Assembly (NCBI GenBank): GCA_028534125.1
Contig: CM052829.1
Location: 1,178,001 to 1,242,000 of the forward strand
Source of the DNA: Lama glama
Taxonomy: Eukaryota
Direction: 5' to 3'
DNA length: 64,000 bases
The notes under the pieces are model-generated. The model was not told the DNA's origin, searched no databases, and worked only from the letters and a program-made list of their open reading frames with translations. How positions within the stretch are numbered: the stretch's first letter is position 1; every line of letters starts with the position of its first letter. The position numbers and the translations under genes were made by a program. Positions 1 through 12,046 of this stretch are shown piece after piece.

Positions 1-3000
1 TGCAGCCAGCGGTTCCATCAGCCTCCCCAGCGTCTGACGCTGTGACTGTGCATTTTAAAAAGGAGCCGTCAAATAGGCTGTGCTGTGTGTTCAACAAGAA
101 AACAGGAAGGAACATGCACACACTTGCCTTTACTGCGGAGACATGGAGCGTCCCCGCAAGAGGTCACCCACTGTCCTTGAGCGGGCTCACAGAGACCGGG
201 GCCAGCTACTTCTGAAGACCTCAGTTCACTGTATAAAGTCACTAAATATTAGAAAATACGCAAGAAAAGCCAGTTAGGGCCGTGTGATGGGGAAGGGCCG
301 TTCGTGCTGTTTTTAAAGTCACGGAAGTGGCAGATGAGCCAGTAAATTCACTGTGCGTGAAGTGCAGTCACAGAGCGAATTACAATAAAAATCAGCCACG
401 GACACCAGAAAGGACTCTTTTTTCTGAAAGGAAAATTAGTAACAATAAAATGTTGCCATCAGGTAGATTAATAACTCGAAAGAAGTCCAGACTGAAAAGG
501 GAAAGGCAGCCAGCCAGCTGCGGCTCTGGGCTCAGACGCCCCCCGAACTGCCGCCCAGTCCAGGGCCCTGGCCACCCGCAGCGGGTGCGGGAAAGCCTGT
601 CTCCTGGCCGGCGCCGGCCGGACGGGGCACTCCGACACCCTCACACTGACTCAGCAAGTAACCACAGCTTGCGGTCTTTTCCTTGAATATTTCACTTAGT
701 TTTTAAATTTTTTTCATTATCAATTAAATTCCATCTGAAATTTCCACAAGCTGGAACTTTAACAAACCTTACACATCCTGTGCTGGCTGCATCAGATTAC
801 TGTTTTGTGTCACCACAGGCGTAAAATGAACTTCCTCGATACTTCAAAAATCGCCATAGCGGTCTGTGTCCGAAGGTGACATCATGGATCTGTTTTGCTG
901 GAAAGTCACTTTGTCCGTGAGTCTGCACTCAAGTCTGGCAGCAGAGCTGACCCCTCTCCCGGGCTTCCTGTCCGTCGGAAAAGTGGGCTCCGTCTCCGGT
1001 GCGTCTTCTCCTCCTCGTCCCTGTTGTCTGCTCCTTCATTTCCTTGCCAACATGCACTGAAACACTGTCTCTTAACAACTATCACGTTTCAGGAAGAGAA
1101 TTTTAAGCCTGAGGAAAAAGCCATTTTGACAGGGAAAAAAGTTCCCTCTGATCTGCATCCTTTCCAATCAAGTGATCGGCTCTGAATGTGCAAGCCCATC
1201 GTTCTTCTGAAGAGAGACTTCAGAGGCACAGCTGTGTTGTTGATTTCAGAATTGGGGAATTCAACTGTTCTGGATGTTTCTTCCAAGTTCCTCAGCTATG
1301 CAGGGCCCTTAACTTAGTGCCAGGGAAATATACAAGTTAAAAAAAAATCTTCTCTTTAAAAAGTGAACACTTTCAGAAGCCCTAAGGATGTTCATACAGT
1401 CAGAGGTCCACCATTCCAGGTGGAGGCCACAACTTTAAGCACAGTAGGAAAATGCAAAGATCAGGGTTACAGGAATTAAACCATAGGTTGAAGAGTTACC
1501 CAGTCCAAGCCAAGATTCTCTGTCTTCATGACCGAGCCTGCCCCAACCCCAGTTTAGAAGCTGGTCAGAGAGGCAGTCAGATTGTGTCTGAGCAGAAAGA
1601 ACTCCCAACAACGACCCCGAACGGGATCATTCCTGTCCCCAGGGGCGCAGAGCCTCCTTCCATCATGAAAATCCAAGTGCACATGATACCCTACTCTGTG
1701 AGAAAGGCTGCCTCCAACATTTGCCGTGGCCACGTCCGCTGAGCAAGGAGACGCCCGCTCCTTCCCCGGCACCGCTCTCCCTACAAGGGCCTTGATCTAG
1801 AGAGGGCTGGGCGGGCTGTGGGCAGAGTCCCAGCCCCCTTGTAGGTGCTTCTCATCTGCCCTGCAACCCATGGCCTGCAGCCGACTTCAAACACATACCC
1901 CGAGCGAAGCTTCATACGGAGAGTCTGTGGGTATTGCAGCAGTGAGGGCCCCTGCATGCAGGCTCAGCTCACAGCGTCGTAAACCGCTTTGTACTCCTGC
2001 CAGGAATCAACTCTTGGCCGGGTGCACAGTTACAGAGGGAGATGAGATTAAAACCCTGAAGCTATTTCCAAATAATCGAGAATGGGGGAGCTACACAAAC
2101 CCTCCCACCCTCGGGAAAAGTGTCCTTTGTTTTTCAGCTCGCCTCCCACCCCTCAACAACGTCAGTCTTCAGATCTTTAGAAAGAAAATGAAAAGGAGAA
2201 AATCCTGCAGAATAAACATAAGTCAGCTGTGCAGGAGGAAGACGCAGGGCCCCGGGCCCTCGGCACCATGGAGGATGGAGGGGAGGCCAGGTCGGCTCCC
2301 GGCATCTCCTTGACTGTCCTGAGCATCCCGGATGCAGGCGAATCCCCTGTCCTCCCAGCCCGAGCAGACCCAGGGTGGGATCACTGGCCTGGGGGGGTGA
2401 ATCTCCAGGGCACAAGCAGGAGCGCCCGCTCTCGGGCAGGGAGAGGCCGGAAGAGCGTTAGGATGGAGCTCAAAGAGCAGCTTTTTGGTCTCAGTGCGAC
2501 ATGCTATTTCCTCAGAAGGAAAGCTTCTCAGGACCCCGCTCACCTTCCCCACCTGACAGAGGAGCCAAGATGCTACGGAGAAAGGCAGCAAGGCCACAGC
2601 AGCTGTGAGGGTGAGTGGCAGGAAGGAGACAGTCTGCGCCTTCCGGGGCCGGTCTGTTCAGCAGTCAGATAAGTGGGGGCACCGGGAAGACAGGTGGAGC
2701 GGGGGGCGGAGGGTCTGGAGGATGGTGGTGGGCCCACATGCAGCCTCAAGGGCCTTTACTTCCCCTAAATGAGCGCCAGCAAGACACCGGTTAGAACCCG
2801 ACAGCTACCGCTGCGCGGCGACCACAAGGACCTACCAGGCACGACCCAGTGCCCATTGTAACACAAGCAGCATTGCGGCTCAGCCCCACCCATGGGTCCT
2901 TCTGTGGGCGTCACGGGTGAGGACATGCGCACAAAGGGGGCGAGCACGGCGAAGCGCTCCAGGGGCGAGAGCCGTCAACCAATCAAGAGACCACCTCCCA

Positions 3001-6000
3001 GCGAGGGCGTAAGAGGAGGGGCGGGCAAAGGCCTCGGCCACCGCCCTTGGATCAGCCCGCCTCCCGCTCCTGGAGGTGCCCTTCCTTTGCTAACAAGTCC
3101 TTGACTACACAGCGCTCCGTCTCCCATCTGAATTCTTCTCTTTCAGGTAAGACAAGGACCAGGGTCTTCACCCTTCCCCTTCTGGGGCAGCAGGTCAACT
3201 TGGCCCTCTTCTTCAGGGACCGTCTCCTCCAGGACACCTCTCTGCGGTCTCCGCCACAGAAGCCCCAGGCCCGCGATGTGTGTCTGCAGAGCCTGCCCGG
3301 GATGCGGGCGCCTGGCCTGGCAAACGCTCGGTGGGCAGTGCTGATGGAGGTGCTCCTTAACCACACGTGGCGAGTGGGCTTCTCTGGAGGAAGGTGGAGC
3401 CCGGGTGTCCTCCTTGACGACTAGGCCGCCAGGAATGGGCACCATCATTCACGAAGGAGAAGGCTCTGGTCGCTGTCTTAGGGGTCCCACCAGGTGTGAA
3501 TGGTCCAGGCATGCCATGTCCCTGGGGACTAAGGCGCCGACGTCTCCCCCACGAGGCCCACGGCTGCCTGCACCCGGAGCTCCACCGAGAGCCGGAGCCT
3601 GAGGTCGGAAGGAAGGACGAGGCCGCTCACCTGCTGATGTGAAAACCTGCGCTGATGAGCTGCCAGCTCCCGGCTGAGGAGGCAAAGACGCGAGCTGACC
3701 GGACGAAAGCGTGTTGAAGGAGACGGTGGGTCCCAGGTCACCACTTTGTCACTGTGGGGGCCCCACCCCGTTGGGCCTGGACAAAATGGCCAGGGGCTGA
3801 GGGGCTCGGAGACGTGAGTTACACGCGCTCTCAAACGGCACGCCTCGTAAACAGGCATCCGAGGCCATGAGTGCACCGTACGGAGTCCGGCCCTGGGGAC
3901 CAAGGGCTAGATGTGAAACCCCAGCTCGGCACTTACAGGCACAGCGGCGGTGGGTGGAGCCCTCACCTGTGAACAGAAGGCAAAACCCCGTCCCGCCTGG
4001 GCTGCGTGGCCCCGACGTACAGCTCCACGAGCGTCCGCCCAGCTACTGCCACCGGACGGCCCGTGGCGGGAGACCCCCGCTCCTCCGGAGCAGCCCCGGA
4101 AGACGCGGGCGCCGCCCTTCCCCGACTCCTCCTTTACCTCCCGTTCCTGCCAACCCTCCCTCGCTGGCACAGGCCGTCCTAACCCGCCTCCCCTCCCGCG
4201 GTCCCCTGGCACCCAGAACCTTCCCCTCTGTCAAAACCCTGGGGACGGATGTCGATCCCGTACGGCCTTAGGGGGACCCTAAGTCAGCGTGTTGCCCCTC
4301 CAAGGGGATGTGTGTTTGAAACTTCTTGAATCTGTGCACCAATGGCCTCTGCATAAAAGCACATGAACACACGCACAGAAGGGCGAGTTCTCATCAGAGA
4401 CCCAGGAAAGCCGCCTCCAGGGTGGTGGGGGGAGCCCCACACTTGCCCCTCTTTCAAATCGCAAAACCGTCTGTCTTCTAAGCCTGGCCGCTGTCCTCGT
4501 GTCTGGCCGCCGGAGGCCGCTCCTCTAAGAGCAGGCTGTCTCTGCTGAATTTCAGAGAGCCTGGCGTGCTCCAGGCTCCATCCTCTCACTCTGGACAAGG
4601 TGGCCGGAGCCCGCCCCTGCCTACAGCACCCCCTCCGTGCCCCGCTGCTCAGTGTCCTCCCCCCAGCCAAGCTAGCCACGCGACCTGTGTGGTCGGGCAC
4701 CAGCGGACACACACTGCTTCCCAGGACCCAGTGTGCTCTGCACACTGCACACATGTCCTCCTGCAGACAGCGTCCCCGGCTGCTGGTGGGGCGCCCGCCC
4801 CCGGGGCGAGCTGGCTGTGCGAGAGGCGCGCCCCCCATGCCACACTGGCCCCGCGGGGCTCCCTGCCCCCCTGCGTGGGTGTGGGCGTCTCAGTGTGACG
4901 CAGGCTTGTGTCTCCCTGTCGCTAGTGAGCCTCACGCCCTCCCCCGTGGCCGCTGGCCCTTGGGATCCCTCATTGATGAAGCGCTGCCCGTCCTCGACTT
5001 TGAGTGTGTTTCTGCTAGATTGCCTCACTGCTCCGTTTTTCTTATTGATTAGTAGGAATTTGGGTGCTTTGTGTTAATGGCTTAAAAACACATCATGAGA
5101 AATAGAGGGCCCCTCCCCTCCGCAGGTCTTTCTGGGGGAGTGGGGGATGGGGCGTGGAGGCCGGGGCCCCCTCTGTTCCACTGAAACTGGGCAGTGAGTG
5201 GACGTCCCCTGCCTTCCCCACGCACAGGAAACACACACACGCATTCAAGTGGCCGTGACTGTTTACTGCTCAACTTCAATGTTTTTTCCTAATTTTCAAG
5301 TTTCCATGGAATGTGCTCATACGGTAACCTTGGTGTGAACTCCAGGGCCAGAGGTAACGGCTGGAAGCTGACCCTTCCCCAGTTTTAATGAACTGGATGC
5401 AAGTCGCTCCCATCACGTACAGAGAGTGGGCAAAGCCTTCCGCTCACAGCAGGTGCCAGCTGGCCTCCCAGTGAAGGGAGGAGGGCGCCCTGGCTGTGTG
5501 CCGATGGACACTGACCAGCTGACACACACGTTACTGACCACAACCTCATGCAAAGCGACACCATCACCACGGTTTCCCAAGTGACCTGTGAGGGTATGTC
5601 AATGTCCGGGAAGAAGTTACATCACTTTGTGCAAAAATCTATTACACACTGTGTGTGTGTGTGCGCACGCGCGCACACGCTCCATCCTACCAAAGCTCTC
5701 CCTTACGTTTCAAAATTCTCTCAACTCTCCCCCGCGGACACAGGTTGCCACCAGCGTCCCGAGCCCAGGCACCTGCTCTCCCGCGCCCACGCTTCTACAG
5801 AACGAGAGCTTGAATGTCACTGGGGATGAAGAGAATTGTTCCGGAACTCTGGCCAAGCCACAAAACCGTGCCACGGAAGAAGAGAGCCGGCCCCGCCCAC
5901 CCGCACGCGCCTGAGGCCCCCCTTCCCGCCTCCGCGGCGTGTTCCCTGCGATAAATGCCGGAGTCTAAGCAAAAAGGAAGAACACTTCCTTCCAAAACCC

Positions 6001-7405
6001 GCCGCTTGAACCAAAAAAGTCCACAGGGCAGTGAAAAAGCAGAGAGTTTCCATGCGGGAAGACGTTGCTGCTAGCTGGCTGGAAAGAGCACCGTGAGTGA
6101 ACAGCACGGTGGGTGGATTCTAAACACCAGGTACTACTGGGAAACCGTAAGAAACCCAGCCAATTCGGCACACGGTTTTCTAAGACAGTTCTTCCAAACA
6201 CCTCTTAATTTTTCAAAAGTGTCTCTAACATCACAGAAACAGGTGTCTCCTCTGCCGTCCCCTTTGTAAAACAGGCTCAGCTCGACTCAACGGGCTGCTA
6301 CGGGGGTGAAACACGTGAGTGCGTGCGCGCGTCTCTCAGGGTGAGGGACGCACCCAGCGGCCACGTCAGGTGCTGATTTTTCTGTCTTTCATTTACTTTA
6401 TGAGTTTGTAAAAGAATTATTAGGTGCAAGTGTTAACTCACTAAAAATACACGATCTGCAATTTTTAAGTCTTGGATGACAAGACGTGTTTTTTTAAATA
6501 AGTGTGTTCTAATTCCACACGTGCACACCCCGTGGCTTTCACGTGATGCGCAGTTTTGTGTTACTGACGGTCACAGACGACATCCTTCTGGAGCGGCTGT
6601 GAGTTCTGACCCGTCCCTTGATCCTGGTGTGAAGGTCTGCGTCACGGACAGAATTTCTAGTTGTAAGAGGCCTGCACTTGAAACAGAAAAGAGGCCTAAA
6701 AGTAAAGTCTAAATCAAGTGTTTCGATGCTTTACATGAAAAATTCAGGAGGGTGTTTTGCATTTCCTGTGACAGCCTGTCCCTGCTCGGGGAGCCGAGCC
6801 TGCTCACTGAGCCCCCACACCTCCTCCAGGCAGTCTGACAGGCCTCCCGCGATCAGAAGTCAAAACTCGAGCTGCAGACTGTTTTCAAATAAAAACGATC
6901 TGAAGCATTTATAACGTTCTCGGCAAAATGCGAATGGAAACAGATCACTGTACTGGTATCTCAACGACACGATCGCCTTTAGCGCAGCAAGGCCTCACAC
7001 GAGCAACGAAGCCGCGCGAATAAACCGCCTGGAAAGGCGCCCAGAAGAAGGAGCCGCTTTTTCTTTGCAAACACACACACGAGCCCAGAAACTCTCCCCC
7101 CTGGGGCCCAGGAAGACAGCTGGTCATTTCCACTGTTGACGCCAGTCCTTGCGGTGATTCCCAAACATAAGAGCCCGGATGGCCTTAACCCAGCGCGGTC
7201 CAGACCCAGACCTTCCACTAGCAAGCTCTCGAAGAGACAAGGTTTCATAATATGTGGGGCTCTGCGATGCGAACCCATTCCCATTACGCCTCGTGATTCT
7301 CCAGTTCTGAGCAAACCTTGGCAAGACGACGAGAGCCCCGGCCAGCGGCGCCAGCAGCAGGGCCACCGGGCAAGCCCTGCATGGCAGGGCTGGTGTCAGA
7401 CCTAC
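1..7405 (-). other. SMOC2: SMOC2 intron 4 (partial; no further exon recognised in the window)
   Basis: Begins with the GTAGGT donor at 7405. I could not find the short next exon (GSVNEK-like) in 1-7405. Confidence 0.75.
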
Positions 7406-7505
7406 CGGGACACCTGGGCGTCTTGTGCGCCACGGCGGTGCCGCTGACGGGCCTCCCGTTGGGCGTGACGCACCAGCAGTACCCCGTGTAGCTGTGGCAC
7501 TGGAC
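7406..7505 (-). CDS. SMOC2: SMOC2 coding exon 4 (100 nt; thyroglobulin type-1 domain, C-half, VQCHSYTGYCWCVTPNGRPVSGTAVAHKTPRCP)
   Basis: Translated by hand, because this frame is absent from the ORF track. Acceptor TGTCCCCCCTCCAG|GT and donor CCG|GTAGGT. Contains the QC...CWCV signature of TY domains. Frame continues from exon 3. Confidence 0.96.
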
Positions 7506-8570
7506 CTGGAGGGGGGACAGACGGGGCGGTCAGTACGAGCGACGCCCGCCCTCCACAAGCCCCCCGCCTCCTGCAGCATCACTTCCGACAAAGCTCAGGA
7601 GGCGAGTGCTTCCTGAGTCCTGCGTCTGAACCCCCAGGGGAAGACCATGAGATGCTCGCGGCTCGGATTTCAGAGAAGGACCAAAGGCGTGTACACGGCC
7701 GCAGGTGCGTGCCGGCGCCTTGACTGTTCACGTCTGATCCTGTCCACCTGCGCGGTGGAGCCCAAGCCCTCTTCTTACTAGAGGCACCAGCCGTCAGGAG
7801 ACCTGCCCTGCGTCTCCCCATTGGCCCGGGCGGAGCCTCGGCGAGGGGCCCAGCGTTGGGCTCCAGCAGGACCTTCCGTGACGCCCCGACTCCCCTCCAC
7901 AACCAGCAGCCAGAGTGGACACCACCTTGGCTCTGATCTCTCTGCCTCACTCTCCCTCCTGAGTCTTTCAAAGGTCAGATGATGGTTGTAAAAATACACA
8001 GAATTCACATCATTTTTGGGTGGCTCACAGCAGATCCTGTTTTGTTTTGTTTTGTTTTGTCTTTTCCTATCAAAAGCTACATTGGCTAGCACTGTGTTTC
8101 AGGAACTTCTCTTCTTTAACAAGAAATAATAGCATGGCCAGTAGTAACACGGACACTCTCCAGGTGGAGAAGTAACCGGGTGACCGGACGCTGCCACTGA
8201 CTTGCAGTGCGGCCCCAGGAGAGTGAGACACTTGATGTCACACTCACGTTACCTGACTCTTAGCATGGGCTCCACTGTCACTAAAAGTAAACCGAAGGTA
8301 GATTTTTGCCGGGAGCCAGGGTGGCATGGCCCCCATCAGCCCTGCAGAGGAGCTGTCCCGTCCCTTTGCCGGAGTGACAGTGACCAGAGTCGTGGTCATA
8401 AACACCCGGGCCAAGCGAGGAATCACTCCTGGTTCTGACCGTGGGCCTCTGGAGGAACCGCTCTAAGGCGGGAAGGAAGATGCCCGCCCCACCCCTCGAG
8501 AACCCGTTCCCCACCCTGGGCTCTGCCACCCAGCCTGCACCCCTCCCCACCTGGCCTCGTGGCCGCGCAC

Positions 8571-8677
8571 CTGGCTATAGGTCCCGTCGTCATTGCATTC
8601 TGGGATGAACACCTGCTGGAACTCCTTCCGCGCCTGCTCCTGGGTGTACTTCCTCTCAGCCACACACCTGGACACGT
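8571..8677 (-). CDS. SMOC2: SMOC2 coding exon 3 (107 nt; thyroglobulin type-1 domain, N-half, DVSRCVAERKYTQEQARKEFQQVFIPECNDDGTYSQ)
   Basis: Acceptor CTGTCCCTTCCTGCAG|AC and donor CAG|GTGCGC. Phase 1 in, phase 0 out. Contains the TY motif FIPEC..DG.Y. Embedded in ORF 8463..8852(-). Confidence 0.97.
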
Positions 8678-11134
8678 CTGCAGGAAGGGACAGAGTAGAG
8701 GCAGCGGTCAGGGCCGGGCAGACGCACAGCAGAGTCGCAGCGAGGAGCAGGGCCGGAGGGGCCTTGCCGGAGGACGGCAGCCGGGCATCCCTCGGGCCTC
8801 TGGGTCCTGGAGAGGCCAGGCTCGGGCAGGAAGGGCGGGGTGCTGTCCACATTCAGGGAGCGAGGACGCCCAGGCTCAGGGAGGCCACTGGGCTCGTCCG
8901 TGGTGCGATGTGACCCTGCTTTGCCAATGATGAAGAAACACGGGTGGGAGCCCCGCCGGCTACAGATGGGCTCTCTCGGGTCCAAGGACATCCATCTGAG
9001 CACCAAGTGCGGCTGGGTCTGGAAGCCACAGTGAAATCAGCCCAAACTCACTGGCCACGGGGAGGGAGTGCGGGCACCCTGAGGGCGTGTGATGTCCCCT
9101 CCTCTGCTGAGGCGGCGGGGACCGCCCATCTGAGGTCCAGCCCTGGGAGGGGACCCTGAGGCCTCTTCCCTCTGCGTCTGAGTTTCTCACAGTCTCAGGG
9201 AGATACAAGGCCTCTTCCAACCTCAGATGGAAAGCCCAGCATGAGGTCAGGGAAAGGGTTCTCAGGAGTCCTCCCACCCCATGAGCCCAGATCTCCCCAC
9301 ATTCACGTGAAAATCCTGCAACGAGATAACTGGATACAAGCTCGCTGTGCCTGCTGCTCTTAGGAAGAACCCCCTCGGACGCAATGAACTGGTAGGAGAG
9401 GAAAGCCCGCAGCATTCGGGCGCTTCTGCCCCAGCTCCGGCAGCAGGACTGAGAAACACGGGCACTCAGATCCGGCAGGGAGACGTGGGTGACCCGGGAG
9501 CGGGGCGGCGCCCACAGGGGACACTGCTTCCCAATCTGGGCTGCAGGGTCTGGACCCAGCGCAGTGCACCAGCAGGAAGCCCGCACCTCCGGGGCCGGCC
9601 TTTCACGACCACAGGCCAGTAAAACCCGCTCTGTGGACCCGTGACCCTCGGGCAGCGCCCCAAGTGCATGTCCTGCGGACCATCACACCACATGGATCAT
9701 GTGAATTTTAAACTTTGAAAAGAATGGCTTTCCCAATTTGTCTTAAGTGTTTCCAGATTTAAATTACAAGTTGTCTAGATCGTAAAGGCCCTCTGGACGC
9801 TGAGAGACACTTCTTCAAACGCCTCCGCTGCCCAGCGTTTTGAGTTGCTGGCTCTCTGACTGCCTGGCAGCAAAGCCTCCTGGCCACGGCGAACACCGTC
9901 TGGGCACCAGCTCCCAGGCTCCGGGCCCCGGCCCTGCTCCGGTGGCACCCGTGTCTGAGAACGGCCTCTGCTGCTGGAAACCCTAACCGGGTCCTCTCTG
10001 GGAGCAGGGTGGGGGCCGCCCCGCCGGGAGGACACTTCCATGCAGGCTCAGCGCCTCCCATCCTGATCTGCACTTTGGCCTCGCCAGCCAGCACTCAGCA
10101 ACATGTGGTTTTAATGCAGCCTGTGTTTTAGTGGAGAAATCACCGCTCTGCTGGACGTCTGTCCTCATGTTTTTAGTGTAACCTGTGGTTTGACTGTCTA
10201 AAAGGAAAAGTGACATGAGTTCCAGCTTGCAAGGTCTCTCCGAGGGTAGACGCGGAGTCACAAATTATTTCTAGCATTTGCACTCTCGTGGAACATGCCA
10301 AAGAGGCAGACATTTCCTGAACAAGTCGTGGGCCTCGTCCGTGGCTGGGACGCCTTCCTGACAAGACTGCACATTTGCCGCTGATCAGATGGTTCTCAAA
10401 CCTCTCATACCGAAGGAACGATAAATTCCAAGTCTCCCTCTGGCCCACTGCAATGTCTCGGTCACAGGAAACCAGGAAGACGTCGCAGCGCGAACGGCAG
10501 AGCCCGTGTCAACCACCCCCTGAGAACACGTCTACACCCACCTGTTGAACCCAGGGGCTGGGGGCCGTGTGCCACCTCCGTGTTGCTCCAGATTCCGGCT
10601 ACCCTAAGTCAGGGGCAGGGCCTCTGCTCCTGAGAAAAGGCTGGACACCACCCCCCAAATCAACCGTATTGAACTATGGGAAAACGCTAGAGAGGTTCAC
10701 CCCAAATTAGTAACACCTCCCTCGTGTTCGTTCCACTTTTAAATGCTGCTGTGGTTGGAACACGCAGCCTGACAGCTCCCTTTTGGAAGGCTCTTCCGCG
10801 TCCAGCGCACGGCTGCTAAGCACGTGCTGTGTCCCCGCCGAGCTGATCTGAACTTGCTCATCTTGAAAGGCTGACACTGCCCTCCGCGTCCCCGACATCA
10901 CTGCAAACCACAGGGGTTAACGTACACACACGAGGAGAAACCAGAGGGCCCGCTTGATAGACGTCAAAATATTAAGCACAGCCTCAAGGCTGTATTATTC
11001 CCAATTTTCCATTTTTTCTGTCACTTTACAAAGAATAGAGTAGAAATGTCCAGCATTCTTAAAGCTGAGTTTACAGGTGGTACGTTTCTCCCTTTACTAT
11101 ATTTTCTCCCTCTGCTTCCTGTGGCTAGATTGAA

Positions 11135-11435
11135 AATTGAGCAGGTCCTTCACAGAAAACAAGCGATGGTCACCAAAGGGGAAAGGGTGGGGAGGGATAA
11201 CCAGGAGTCTGGGGTCTGCAGACACAAACTATTGCATATAAAACAAACAACAAGGTGCTACTGCAGAGCACAGGGCACGGCGTCCAATTTCTTGCAATGA
11301 CACATGATGGAAAAGAATCTGACAAGCACATACACACGTATGTGTACGTATGACTGAATCACTTTGCTGTGCACCTGAAACTAACGCTGTAAATCAACTA
11401 CACTTCAGTAATTTTTTTTAATTGAGCAGGTCCTT
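11135..11435 (+). mobile_element. 5'-truncated L1 3' UTR (cetartiodactyl-type) with 16-bp target-site duplication
   Basis: Typical L1 3' end (GGGGAAAGGGTGGGGAGGGATAA...AGCACAGGG...TGTAAATCAACTACACTTCAGTAA). Perfect TSD AATTGAGCAGGTCCTT at 11135-11150 and 11420-11435. Confidence 0.9.
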
Positions 11436-11524
11436 GACTGTTCAGTGGCCTTGTTGAGACATTACTCTGGACAGCTTATTTTCAATCGTCTGAAAATTAA
11501 GTCCTCAAAACACAAGCACAATAA

Positions 11525-12046
11525 TTTGTTCTCATTGTGGTACAACTGCACAAAGTATAAAATTCCTCACTGTAACTGTCTGAAAGTGTATAATTCAGGG
11601 CGCTTGGGGCCTCCCGTGTTGCGTGACCTCTTCTGTCCAGTTCTGGAACATTCTCGTCACCCGTGTGCTTCCTTCCTTCTCAGGGCTGAATCCCGCCCCT
11701 TCTGGACGTGGCAGAGTCCGTTTATCTGTCCTGCTGCTGACGGCCGTCTGGGCTGTTCGTGGTTGTGAGCAAGACTGCGGTGGGCGTCGCCTACGAGCTC
11801 TTGCTTGAACCTCTGCTTTCCAGTCTTACAGATACACACCTGGCGTGGACTCTCTGGGCCACATAATAATTCTACGTCCAATTTTTAAAGAACACACCAA
11901 ACTGCTTTTCACAGTGTCTGAGCCATCCTATACTCCTCCCAAAATGGGCCAGAGTTCCAGCTTATCCACATTCTCACCAGTATTTGTTTCCTGTCTTTTT
12001 CGTTTTTAGTTGTGACCACCATCCTGGTGGGTACGAAGTGGGATGC
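11525..12046 (-). mobile_element. Old L1M (L1MB-like) fragment, ORF2 end/3' UTR
   Basis: Recognisable antisense L1M motifs (AAAGTGTATAATTCAG; CCAAACTGCTTTTCACAG; CCACATTCTCACCAG; CCATCCTGGTGGGTACGAAGTGG). Heavily diverged. Confidence 0.7.

Noticed and set aside
3133-3152. Strong TTCTTCTCTTTCAG|GTAAGA acceptor/donor motif
   Set aside because: It is on the + strand, antisense to SMOC2, and no + strand gene structure supports it.
6375-6405. Possible SMOC2 exon 5 (TTTCATTTAC resembling antisense VNE codons)
   Set aside because: The flanking codons and splice sites do not match. Exon 5 is probably outside the window.
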